Shown here piece after piece: positions 33,325 to 41,773 of a DNA stretch of 53,003 bases. The stretch covers positions 1 to 53,003 of the forward strand of contig JAEEWP010000001.1 in assembly GCA_016287465.1 (NCBI GenBank), written 5' to 3'. The position numbers and the translations under genes are program-made. The number at the start of each line of letters is the position of its first letter. Positions within the stretch are counted from its first letter, which is position 1. The notes below the pieces were generated by a model. It searched no databases. It was not told the origin of the DNA and worked only from the letters and a program-made list of their open reading frames with translations. Source of the stretch: Bacillales bacterium. Its GTDB lineage: Bacteria; Bacillota_I; Bacilli_A; RFN20; CAG-826.

Positions 33325-34089
33325 CTACTTTATTTCTTTGACTGAGTCATTCGTGTAGATGAGGGTCGTATCTTCAACGACGGAGTTGACGATGAAGACG
33401 TTTGAGCCGATGGTGACATTCTCACCGATGACGGTGTCTCCCCCAAGGATTGAGGCACCACTATAGATGGTGACGTTGTCCTTGATGGTTGGATGGCGTT
33501 TGGTTCCGCTTAAGGCCCTACCCTCTTTCAAAGAAAGAGCGCCTAAGGTAACGCCATGATAAATCTTCACGTGTTTGCCAATCTCTGCAGTCTCTCCGAC
33601 GACGATTCCGGTTCCGTGGTCGATGAAGAAAGGAGAGCCGATCTTCGCGCCTGGATGGATGTCGATGCCAGTAAGGCTATGGACCTTCTCGGAGATGATG
33701 CGAGGGATGTATGGGATATCAAGCTCATAGAGAGCGTGCGAGATTCTGTAATAGGTGATGGCGAGGAAGCCTGGGTAAGCGTAGACGATCTCAGAGAGGG
33801 ATTCGCAGGCTGGGTCGCTTTCGTAGAAGAAGTCGAGGTCAGCGTATAATTCCTCTTCGATCACAGGGATTTTCTTTAAGAAAGAGTCGCACTTCTCTTC
33901 ATCTGAGGAGATATATTCGATGAACATGTTCTTGATGCGGGAAAGAAGGCTTTTCTTGTGCTCTTCCACGCTGTCATGAAGGGTGTCGAAAGCACCAGGG
34001 AAAAGGTATCTCTTCATGAGATCCATGAATTTGTCTAACTCTTCGTAATGAGGTCTTCTCTCGTTTTTGAACACTCTAGATGATTCCAT
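33325..34089 (-). CDS. cysE: serine O-acetyltransferase
   Basis: 254 aa with DPA..S..EIVYAYPGF.AI..YRISH.LY and GIDIHPGAKIG.PFFIDHGTGIVVGETAEIG..V.IYHGVTLG hexapeptide repeats. Confidence 0.9.
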   Translation of the reverse strand: MESSRVFKNERRPHYEELDKFMDLMKRYLFPGAFDTLHDSVEEHKKSLLSRIKNMFIEYISSDEEKCDSFLKKIPVIEEELYADLDFFYESDPACESLSEIVYAYPGFLAITYYRISHALYELDIPYIPRIISEKVHSLTGIDIHPGAKIGSPFFIDHGTGIVVGETAEIGKHVKIYHGVTLGALSLKEGRALSGTKRHPTIKDNVTIYSGASILGGDTVIGENVTIGSNVFIVNSVVEDTTLIYTNDSVKEIK

Positions 34090-34217
34090 GTTGTTTCCCT
34101 TTTCTTTCTTGCGCTGGAAACATTTTACTATGTTTCGCTAGCAAAAACCCTTTAATGATTCAAAAAGAAAACAAGGAACGCTTTTTTGGCGTTCCCTGTT
34201 CCTACTCAAAGGGCTTA

Positions 34218-35765
34218 TTAAGCGGCGATTGGCTTAAGTGAGAAGTAGTCAAGCTCTGGACCATCTTCAATCGCGGTCATCGCGATGGTGTTAGTGCCAA
34301 CAGTGACATTGACGGTGCCAAGTTCGACCTGGACATAATCCACTCCCCAACCGCTTGATAAGGCCTGGGCTGGGAGGGTTTTGCCAGCAAGAGAGACATC
34401 GACGGTGTTGAACTTGAGGCTCACGGCAGTAGAGAGATCCATGTCTTCATACTGGTAGGAGCTATTCATCCTTGGTTTGCCAGTCATGTAGAGTTTCATC
34501 TCCTTGGCTTCGGTGGCTTCGAAGGTGACGGTTAAGGTCTCACCGGCTGGCCAAGTGGAGATAGTGGTTCCGCTTGCTGGTGTGCCTCCACCCATGCTCC
34601 ATGGGGAGGTAGCTTTGATGGCGCCATCCTCAGTGACACCGGTTTCGGCTTCGACTTGGATTTCGCCAACGGCTTTCTTAGGAGTGACGTTGATGGTGAT
34701 TCTGTCAGAATACATACCCTCTTTTCTGACGGTGATCTTGACTTGGCCAGTAGCTAAGCCAGTGACAAGACCGGTTTCGCTTACACTAGCGACGGTCTCA
34801 TCGTTAACGGTATAAGTAAGTCCAGTCGTCTCAGAGGTGATTTGGAGGGTATCGCCAACCTCGATTGAGAGGTTATCGCGGTTCTCATTGGTGACGACAA
34901 TGGTTTCTTTGGCTGGAGCAGCGACTGTAGTAACGGTCGTTTCGGCTGGGCCATAGACATTAAGGTAATCTAAGGAAAGACCACCGCTTACCATTGTGAG
35001 TTCGAGAGTGTTCTCACCTGCGACAAGATTGACTTTTCCTAAGGAAATCTCCGCCCAAGTAAGGCTATATCCATCGACGGTGATTTCGCCAGAGAGGGTG
35101 AGATCTGCGCCATTGAATTTAGCGGTCATGGCCTCAGAGACGGTGACGGTTTGCTGAGCGCCGATATAGGCGACGAGTTCTGCTTCGCCAGCTTTGCTTG
35201 AGGTGAACTTAAGGGTTTCTTTATCCCCTTCGCCAAAGCTTCCGATATAGGTGGTAGCTCCATCCTCGCTGGTAGTGACTGGGGTAGCTGATCCATTTCC
35301 GAATTCCATACCCATGAATCCGGTAGCATACCAACCATCTGCACTATAGTGATCGGCGGCTTCGAATTCGACTTTGCCACTTGGGGCAGGTCTATTGACG
35401 GTGATGCTTAATGTGCCTTTCTTATATCCGTCTTTGGTGGCGCTGATGGTTACTTGGCCAGCACCAACGGCACTGACGACACCGGTTGTAGGATCGACGG
35501 TTGCGATCTTTTCATCTCCTGAAGCGAAGGTGACACCTTCGACACTTGCAGTGAGTTTGACGCTTTCGCCGATGATGAGGGTTTTTTTGTCCCCTTCAGC
35601 GGTGATTTGGATCTTCTCTTGCTGGGAAGAGACGGCGGCCGAGGTAGAAGGTGTTCCTTCTTCACTGCCTTTTGAGGTATCAGGTTGAGTTCCGCCACCG
35701 CAAGAGGCAAGCATCATCCCTAAGGCAAGGGACGAAAGAAGGGCCAATGTTTTGGTTTTTTTCAT
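34218..35765 (-). CDS. surface lipoprotein with two (Ig-like Big_2 + CBM-like beta-sandwich) repeats
   Basis: 515 aa, lipobox LASCGG. Two Big_2-like segments (..KLTASVEG..ATVDPTTGVVSAVGAGQVTISAT.. and ..TYTVNDETVASVSETGLVTGLATGQVKITV..) are each followed by a module of about 140 aa ending L.LDY(L/F). Confidence 0.8.
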   Translation of the reverse strand: MKKTKTLALLSSLALGMMLASCGGGTQPDTSKGSEEGTPSTSAAVSSQQEKIQITAEGDKKTLIIGESVKLTASVEGVTFASGDEKIATVDPTTGVVSAVGAGQVTISATKDGYKKGTLSITVNRPAPSGKVEFEAADHYSADGWYATGFMGMEFGNGSATPVTTSEDGATTYIGSFGEGDKETLKFTSSKAGEAELVAYIGAQQTVTVSEAMTAKFNGADLTLSGEITVDGYSLTWAEISLGKVNLVAGENTLELTMVSGGLSLDYLNVYGPAETTVTTVAAPAKETIVVTNENRDNLSIEVGDTLQITSETTGLTYTVNDETVASVSETGLVTGLATGQVKITVRKEGMYSDRITINVTPKKAVGEIQVEAETGVTEDGAIKATSPWSMGGGTPASGTTISTWPAGETLTVTFEATEAKEMKLYMTGKPRMNSSYQYEDMDLSTAVSLKFNTVDVSLAGKTLPAQALSSGWGVDYVQVELGTVNVTVGTNTIAMTAIEDGPELDYFSLKPIAA

Positions 35766-36053
35766 AAATTCAGTTTGCTATTTTTAGCAAATCTCCTTTC
35801 ATTTCAGGGCTAAATATTTCGTGTCTCTAGCCCTAAAGAGGGACGCGAAAGAAATAATCACTGGCAAACGTGCGCTTGGTGCGCGTTGTCTATTTGTTTA
35901 TCCAGGTAGATTATACGTCCTATTAACTATTGTGATTTGATTTTTATTGTGTATTCGCTACTATAACGCTTGATTTGTTCAGGTCTCATCGGAGTTATAT
36001 TCGATTGTAAAACTTTTGTATAAAATATAGTGTTTTCTATTTCTTGAATAAAA

Positions 36054-36077
36054 AAGACACCGCGGGTGCAGTGTCTT
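36054..36077 (-). terminator. intrinsic terminator after the GGDEF gene
   Basis: AAGACAC..GTGTCTT hairpin followed by T6 on the minus strand. Confidence 0.6.
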
Positions 36078-36089
36078 CTTTGATGATAA

Positions 36090-37157
36090 TTAGACATGAC
36101 GCCTATCTCGGCCTGTCTCTTGGTAATACCTATCTTTATCGCCATACATCATGGCGTCAGATTCTCTAAGAAGCTCTTCGATGTCCTTATCCCCAGAAAG
36201 GTTAAGGCCATAACCGATAGCGCATGAATATTTTGTCTCGCTGACGTTCTTTTTGATTCTTTCTATGAGGGCAAGAACTTCCTCTTCTTGGACCCTTCTA
36301 CAAACGATGATGAATTCGTCTCCGCCTACACGATATCCCGATTCTTTTCCTTTGAGGGCCCGGCGGAAGCAAGAAGACAACGCCGTTAGAGCCTCATCCC
36401 CTGCATCATGGCCTTCGTTGTCATTGATGGCTTTGAGACCATTCATATCAATGGAGACGAGAGCGCTGATGCTCTTAGGATCACGGGATATGTCCGCGAA
36501 ATAAGCATGACGATTAAGTAACCCCGTTAAGGAATCCTTCTTTGTCAGCTGAAGTACCGTGAATTCATAGTAGGCGAATAAGGCGATAGCGATTGAAACG
36601 CAGAAGACCTTGGCATAATCGGCTTTGAAGATGAAAGGCAGGACGAGGCCTGATCCAAGAGCGAAGGCCAAGAAGGCAATCGGAATCATCTCGATAGGTC
36701 TTTTGTTGCTTCTTTTGATAAGAAGGAAGATAAGAAGGACGCTATAAAAGCCAACAAAGACATAAGGCATGACCCAAAGAGGTCCATTAACTTTAACGTT
36801 ATCCTGATTGATGGTTGAGACAACGCCAGTGAATATGGAAACGACATCGAGAATTAAGAGAGCGAAGGCAGGAAGATAAATAAACCAGCGCATCTTTTTG
36901 ACAAGAGCGTGCGTGATAAGAGCAATGATGAATGGCGTTGCGCTATATCTAATGGCCATCAAGACATTCCTCAAAGAAACGTTATCGGTCGAGAATTCGA
37001 TATAGACGATGATCGAAAGCAAGAAAATGGAGACGATCAAAACATGCAGGCGGATGATGGACTTCTTCCCTAAGAAGACCGTGGTCGTCAAAGATATGGC
37101 AAAGGCCAAAAGGATGAGGATTAAAGCCCAATTTTGAAGCAAATAATCTTTAAACAT
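36090..37157 (-). CDS. membrane-anchored diguanylate cyclase (GGDEF domain)
   Basis: 355 aa. About 6 N-terminal TM helices are followed by GLLNRHAY..., IDMNGLKAINDNEGH.AGD and YRVGGDEFII. Confidence 0.88.
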   Translation of the reverse strand: MFKDYLLQNWALILILLAFAISLTTTVFLGKKSIIRLHVLIVSIFLLSIIVYIEFSTDNVSLRNVLMAIRYSATPFIIALITHALVKKMRWFIYLPAFALLILDVVSIFTGVVSTINQDNVKVNGPLWVMPYVFVGFYSVLLIFLLIKRSNKRPIEMIPIAFLAFALGSGLVLPFIFKADYAKVFCVSIAIALFAYYEFTVLQLTKKDSLTGLLNRHAYFADISRDPKSISALVSIDMNGLKAINDNEGHDAGDEALTALSSCFRRALKGKESGYRVGGDEFIIVCRRVQEEEVLALIERIKKNVSETKYSCAIGYGLNLSGDKDIEELLRESDAMMYGDKDRYYQETGRDRRHV

Positions 37158-37223
37158 ATGCGTTTTCTATATTTTAATTCTACAACAACGCCAAAAAGAA
37201 TGTAGGCATATGCACGCAAAAAA

Positions 37224-37246
37224 GCGCGCCCCTTATGGAAGCGCGC
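37224..37246 (-). terminator. intrinsic terminator
   Basis: GCGCGC-N11-GCGCGC hairpin followed by T6 on the minus strand, 15 nt after the restored stop at 37262. Confidence 0.6.
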
Positions 37247-37261
37247 CTTCAGTCGTTCGTT

Positions 37262-37767
37262 TTAAAGAGAAATCCCTACGCCACTTCTTTCTTCGATGAC
37301 TTCCATGAAGAGGTCAAGTCCCTTGGTGAATGAGGATATGTATGTGCGGCGTCCGTCATTGAAAACGAGAGTGATTCCAATTGGAGATGCGATAATATCA
37401 CTTAACTCAGAGAGCTTGTGTTCTTTTATCTTAATAAAACGCCTTATGTAGATGGTGTCGCCTTTGATTGCCTCGAACTCATGTTTGGCAAAGAAGAGGA
37501 TTGCGGTCGAAAGCAGCGCGAAGAAAGGCCCATAACCATCAAGGACATAAGACCGGTTAGATCAGTGTCAGGGTTCCCGGAAACAGTAACCGATAGAATA
37601 AGGCAGGCGAGTCCGATCCACGTGCCGACATGGCCAATAGCATAGATGCCCTTTCCTGCATATGTTTTCACGTCATAGTCCCTTTTATCAGCGTGCAAGG
37701 AATAAATGGTTGCCGCAAGATAGACAATGGCGACAAACGAAATCTCAATGATTGATGCGATTAACAT
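37262..37767 (-). pseudogene. frameshifted paralogue of the N-terminal (2 TM + PH-like) module of 37778..38851
   Basis: The frame from ATG 37767 (MLIASIIEISF...LMSLMVMG) degenerates into SSRCFRPQSS...* . A neighbouring frame reads PFFALLSTAILFFAKHEFEAIKGDTIYIRRFIKIKEHKLSELSDIIASPIGITLVFNDGRRTYISSF...* to stop 37262-37264. That reading parallels LFFVLLGFVAIKGDEIHVRLFFKTRKRKISEIKKIRLGPLDFTFYFKDGRKAAFFG in the upstream gene. Confidence 0.6.
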
Positions 37768-37777
37768 GGCTGAAGTC

Positions 37778-38851
37778 TTATTTGTCTTTATCGGCGCCAA
37801 CGAATTTTCTGGCTTTTTCAAAGAAAACAGCCTGGGAGAACGTGATGGCTGAGATAGCTGGGAAAAGAAGGCCAAAGGAGAATATGGTTACACCACGGCC
37901 CCTCTTTTCAAAAATCCCTTCGCGATAGCCTTTATATGTCAGGTACTGTTTTGAATTGAACTCAAACGCGCAGATGCGGTCAGCTTTGGTGAAACCTTCC
38001 CTTCTGGCTTTGCGATTATTCAGGTTTTCGACACGGATGGTGATCGTGTCGCCATAATCCAGGTCAGTGAAAATGGGACTAAGAACACGGTTGACAACTT
38101 CGGAAGGCATCTGATATTCGACATCACTGCCTTTGATATAGAAGAAATAATCGGGGATGCGTCCATTTGTGAAGCTAACTGCTTCGAATTCTCCGGTGAC
38201 GAGGACTGTGTCTTTCTCATAGACCGGCCTGTCAAAAGGGCTCAAAAGTAACGAGAGAGCCATAACGGCCATGCCCAACGCGAAGATAACGATTGAGTAA
38301 ATCTTGTTTTTTTTCATCTTCTTTGGGTCATTCCAGAAGTATCTTGGGTCAACGAAATCCTCAACAACCGTTTCAGGGTCTTTTCTCTCGATGATCTTAT
38401 CGAGGATAGGATCAACGCCAAAGAAAGCGGCCTTACGACCGTCTTTGAAATAGAAGGTGAAATCTAGAGGTCCGAGACGAATCTTCTTAATCTCGGATAT
38501 CTTTCTTTTTCTCGTTTTGAAGAAAAGCCTTACATGGATCTCGTCTCCTTTGATGGCGACGAAGCCAAGGAGGACGAAAAAGAGCTGAATCGACCCAGCT
38601 AAGCCAATTACGGAGCCAATGATGAAGAGAGGAGCCTGGATCGACCCATTCCTATCGAAAACCATAAGAATCGCGCATCCGGCCAAGCACGCTAGTCCAA
38701 CCGCGGTAATAACGATTCCGGAGATCAAATGATACCCAGTTGGCTTTGTCTTGATTTCATAGGAAGCCTTCTTTGGCAGCTTATAAAAAAGAAAACCCAT
38801 CACAAGGATGAGAAGAATGACCGAAGCGACGATTATCGATTGCAACAACAT
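37778..38851 (-). CDS. hypothetical membrane protein (2 TM + bacterial PH-like module, then a TM-bracketed beta-rich domain)
   Basis: 357-aa ORF with an ATG start. Hydrophobic pairs flank two soluble segments. No enzymatic motif recognised. Confidence 0.7.
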   Translation of the reverse strand: MLLQSIIVASVILLILVMGFLFYKLPKKASYEIKTKPTGYHLISGIVITAVGLACLAGCAILMVFDRNGSIQAPLFIIGSVIGLAGSIQLFFVLLGFVAIKGDEIHVRLFFKTRKRKISEIKKIRLGPLDFTFYFKDGRKAAFFGVDPILDKIIERKDPETVVEDFVDPRYFWNDPKKMKKNKIYSIVIFALGMAVMALSLLLSPFDRPVYEKDTVLVTGEFEAVSFTNGRIPDYFFYIKGSDVEYQMPSEVVNRVLSPIFTDLDYGDTITIRVENLNNRKARREGFTKADRICAFEFNSKQYLTYKGYREGIFEKRGRGVTIFSFGLLFPAISAITFSQAVFFEKARKFVGADKDK

Positions 38852-38929
38852 GACATAAATTATACGGAAAAGGGTTCATTTAATTCAAATGAAAAGGGCG
38901 TTTTCCCTAGCAAAACGCCCCTATTTTTA

Positions 38930-39217
38930 CTATTTGAGGTCGGAGATGAGTTTCTCCACTACCTCTTTGATCTCGTCTGGGTCCTCGCTATCGACTGCGT
39001 ACATCAATGATCCGCCAGGATATGGGAGAGCCTCGCTAAAGCCATAACCCGAGAGGGATTTGGTCTTTTTGACGAGGAAGCGGTTGTCGTATATCCCTCC
39101 AAAGACCTTGCCGTCTTTATAGATGACATATTCGCCCATCATCTTGCGATAGGTGATGCCACTAACCTCACGGAGAAGGTCAAGGACATATAGAAGGAAA
39201 TCGTTATCGGATGCCAT
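38930..39217 (-). CDS. TfoX N-terminal-domain family protein
   Basis: MASDNDFLLYVLDLLREVSGITYRKMMGEYVIYKDGKVFGGIYDNRFLVK matches the TfoX_N pattern. The track ORF begins at a GTG at 39253, so the start is uncertain. No clear SD for either start. Confidence 0.7.
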   Translation of the reverse strand: MASDNDFLLYVLDLLREVSGITYRKMMGEYVIYKDGKVFGGIYDNRFLVKKTKSLSGYGFSEALPYPGGSLMYAVDSEDPDEIKEVVEKLISDLK

Positions 39218-39407
39218 GACAATAGAATAAAGAAAGGGTATCTGGTTGTCCACATTGTTTGAACGGAAATGACCCTTGTTCTTCTCTGTTTTATCTTAAG
39301 ATAACTCTGCATTTTCGATATACCTACGAATCAACGACTTTTCAGGATTGGTTGAATACGAAATAAGCCTTATTTAATATACCTATTAGTAACAAGGAGG
39401 AATTGTT

Positions 39408-40028
39408 ATGGAATACATCATCTTGGGGCTACTGCTCTTCAAACCGATGACGGTCTACGAAATCAGAGCCTATGTCCAAAAGAACCTAACGACGATTTGC
39501 AGCGACAGCCTTGGCAGCATCCAAATCGCCATCAAGAAATTACTGAACAAAGGATACGTAACCAAAAACGAATACACCGAAAGAGGGTTGACGAAGAAAA
39601 AGCACACGATCACATCGCTCGGCGTCGAATATTACAAAGAATGGGTCGGTTCCCATATCAACATCGCGAAGATGACGAGCATGGAAGAAAGCAAGTTCTA
39701 TTTCTTAGGTACCGCCCCTAAAGAGAAGCGTATCTCCTTCCTTAAGTCATATATTTCGTCTTTGAAAGGCCAGCTCAACAAATTGACCGCCATCAAAGAA
39801 TTTAGCAACTGCACGAAAGACGAAGTGCTTCTCGCCAATCTGGAGCGAGTTTCAGGCGAAAGGGAGATAGCCGGCAACCTGTCAATCGTTTCAGAGGAAA
39901 AAGATATAAGAAGCGTTCTCGAAAACACTTATTCTTACCAGATTTACCTTCTTGAATACGGACTAAACAGAGTGAAATCAGACATATCCTTTTACGAGAA
40001 GATACTCAGATCAGAAACGGAGAAATAG
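39408..40028 (+). CDS. PadR-family transcriptional regulator
   Basis: 206 aa. MEYIILGLLLFKPMTVYEIRAYV...GSIQIAIKKLLNKGYV is a winged-helix PadR N-terminus. AAGGAGG RBS. Confidence 0.88.
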   Translation: MEYIILGLLLFKPMTVYEIRAYVQKNLTTICSDSLGSIQIAIKKLLNKGYVTKNEYTERGLTKKKHTITSLGVEYYKEWVGSHINIAKMTSMEESKFYFLGTAPKEKRISFLKSYISSLKGQLNKLTAIKEFSNCTKDEVLLANLERVSGEREIAGNLSIVSEEKDIRSVLENTYSYQIYLLEYGLNRVKSDISFYEKILRSETEK

Positions 40029-40029
40029 T

Positions 40030-40407
40030 ATGCAGGTTTATATTGGGGCAGCTTTGCTCATCATCGTCATCATTATGTCCATACTCCTAATTTGCGGGCT
40101 TCCTTTGGGCGAGTTCTCAATGGGAGGGAGGTTCGGCAAAAAATGGCCACCTAAAATGAGACTCATAGGCTTGACTCAACTTCTCTCGCAAATTTTCGCT
40201 TTGTACATCATTTTATCGGCAGGAACAATCCTCCCTTACTTCATCAACAAGGATGTCACTCGAGTCATTTGTTACGTTTTTGCAGGGTTTTTCTTCTTCA
40301 ACACCGTTATGAACGCCATTTCGCCTAGCAAGAAAGAAAAATTCGTTATGACGCCTATGTCCTTAGGGGCCGCGGTTTGTTTTTTGATCGCCGCGATAGT
40401 CATGTGA
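40030..40407 (+). CDS. small membrane protein (4 TM helices)
   Basis: 125 aa. It starts 1 nt after the padR stop and ends with TGA. Confidence 0.7.
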   Translation: MQVYIGAALLIIVIIMSILLICGLPLGEFSMGGRFGKKWPPKMRLIGLTQLLSQIFALYIILSAGTILPYFINKDVTRVICYVFAGFFFFNTVMNAISPSKKEKFVMTPMSLGAAVCFLIAAIVM

Positions 40408-40411
40408 ACCT

Positions 40412-41011
40412 ATGAGCCCAAGCATCATTGAATACGGCGAATTGACCGCTTCGCAAAAAGAAGAGGCCGCCAAACTCTTCTTAGATGGATTTGGGGTTTT
40501 CATGACCTTTTCCAAAGACGAGGAAAAGAAGAAGGAGCTTTTCGTTGAGGTTTTGGATCCGAAACTCTTCCTTTGCTATTTGGAAGAGGGTAAGGTTTTG
40601 GGGCTACTTGGACTAGGCACCAACAAAGTTAGGCCGATCAACTTCAAGAAAGAGGTGTGTCAGAAGCTTTTCGGCCGTTTTAAAGGCGCCATCATCAGCA
40701 AACAAATGAATGCCATATTCCAAAAACAAGCGGTTTCTTCGGAAACGGAGCTATATATAGACACCATCGTTGTAGACCCCGGATATAGGCAAAAAGGAAT
40801 AGGGACAATCCTTTTAGATAAAGCCTCCCAATTTGGGAAATACGATACTCTGGTCCTAGAGGTGTTTTCGAAAAACGTAGCGGCCATCAGTTTTTATAAG
40901 AAAAACGGTTTCGACATCAAAAAAGAAAAACGAATGTCTTTTATGTCTCTTTTCGGTTCAGGACACCCGATAGTTATGGCAAAATCAATAAGCGCATATG
41001 AGAGGATTTAA
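40412..41011 (+). CDS. GNAT-family N-acetyltransferase
   Basis: 199 aa with the acetyl-CoA motif VVDPGYRQKGIGTILLDKA and a ..FYKKNGF tail. Confidence 0.85.
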   Translation: MSPSIIEYGELTASQKEEAAKLFLDGFGVFMTFSKDEEKKKELFVEVLDPKLFLCYLEEGKVLGLLGLGTNKVRPINFKKEVCQKLFGRFKGAIISKQMNAIFQKQAVSSETELYIDTIVVDPGYRQKGIGTILLDKASQFGKYDTLVLEVFSKNVAAISFYKKNGFDIKKEKRMSFMSLFGSGHPIVMAKSISAYERI

Positions 41012-41756
41012 AGCGTTTTTACTTGCCTTGCTTTGGTGCATCGTCATCTTAGCCTTTCCAGTCGCTTCCGGAGTGATTGCCACAATAGCCAAATTAGAAA
41101 GGATCCCCACCATAATTCTTCAAGGAAGCTTCATGCTTCTTTCTTCGGTTATTCCTCTAGTCTTTCTCTTAACAAGGAAATGGGGCCTAAAAGATATCGG
41201 CTTAAACAAAGTCACGAAAGACGGGGCCAAGAACGTCCTTTATTTTCTTCCCCTTCTTTTGCTTTATATTCCTTGCGCAGTCAAAGGTTTCTACGTCGAA
41301 TCCGCCGAATACTTTTTCGCGATCTTCTTCTTGTACCTATTCGTGGGCATTGCCGAAGAGCTTTATTTTAGAGGCATTATCCCCCACTTCCTTGGTAAAG
41401 CCTTTGACTCCAAGTGGGTCATTGCCATTTCCTCTTTGATATTTGGCTTAGGCCATTCCGTTACCGTCTTAACGGATGGCGACATCGTCATGATGATCTT
41501 AACGGTTATCAATGCCTTGTTCTTTGGCTTCATGGCCATTGAGATGTATATGCTCTGTGGCAGTGTTATCCCTGGTATGATCGTTCATTTCCTCTTCGAC
41601 TTCGAAACGAAATTCATTCTGATGAGTGGCAATGATTTATTTATCGCGGAGATAGTTCGCGCCGCTTTGATGGCCCTCATTGCCATATGTTTTGCGGTCG
41701 TTTTGCATAAGAAGGCATTGGATCAGAACAAGAACGAAAACAGCACCGACGTTTAA
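40998..41756 (+). CDS. CPBP-family intramembrane glutamic endopeptidase (CAAX protease/Abi type)
   Basis: 252 aa, polytopic. Motifs EELYFRG, FGLGH and HFLFD. It overlaps the GNAT gene by 14 nt. Confidence 0.88.
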   Translation: MRGFKAFLLALLWCIVILAFPVASGVIATIAKLERIPTIILQGSFMLLSSVIPLVFLLTRKWGLKDIGLNKVTKDGAKNVLYFLPLLLLYIPCAVKGFYVESAEYFFAIFFLYLFVGIAEELYFRGIIPHFLGKAFDSKWVIAISSLIFGLGHSVTVLTDGDIVMMILTVINALFFGFMAIEMYMLCGSVIPGMIVHFLFDFETKFILMSGNDLFIAEIVRAALMALIAICFAVVLHKKALDQNKNENSTDV

Positions 41757-41773
41757 TCAGTGCTGCCGTTTTC

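Noticed and set aside
35757-35765. Poly-A runs (A6-A7) at the 5' ends of lipoprotein genes (e.g. ATGAAAAAAACC at 35754..35765 and ATGAAAAAAAGC at 8517..8528) as phase-variation switches.
   Set aside because: The tracts are short and are simply Lys-Lys codons of the MKK signal-peptide start that nearly every lipoprotein here shares. There is no evidence of length heterogeneity from a single sequence.
35838-35869. GEMM (c-di-GMP-I riboswitch)-like words GGGACGCGAAAG and GGCAAAC next to the GGDEF gene.
   Set aside because: They are on the plus strand, where no gene follows. They occur in the opposite order to the GEMM-I consensus as I remember it (GGCAAACC ... GGGACGCAAAGCC). I could not draw the two-hairpin fold. 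This is most likely coincidence. An Infernal scan would settle it.
40405-40407. Possibility of the Mycoplasma/Spiroplasma code (TGA = Trp).
   Set aside because: TGA terminates 40030..40407 and ylxR, with the next gene starting in another frame. Trp is encoded by TGG throughout. All long conserved genes (infB, nusA, galT, potA) are uninterrupted under code 11.
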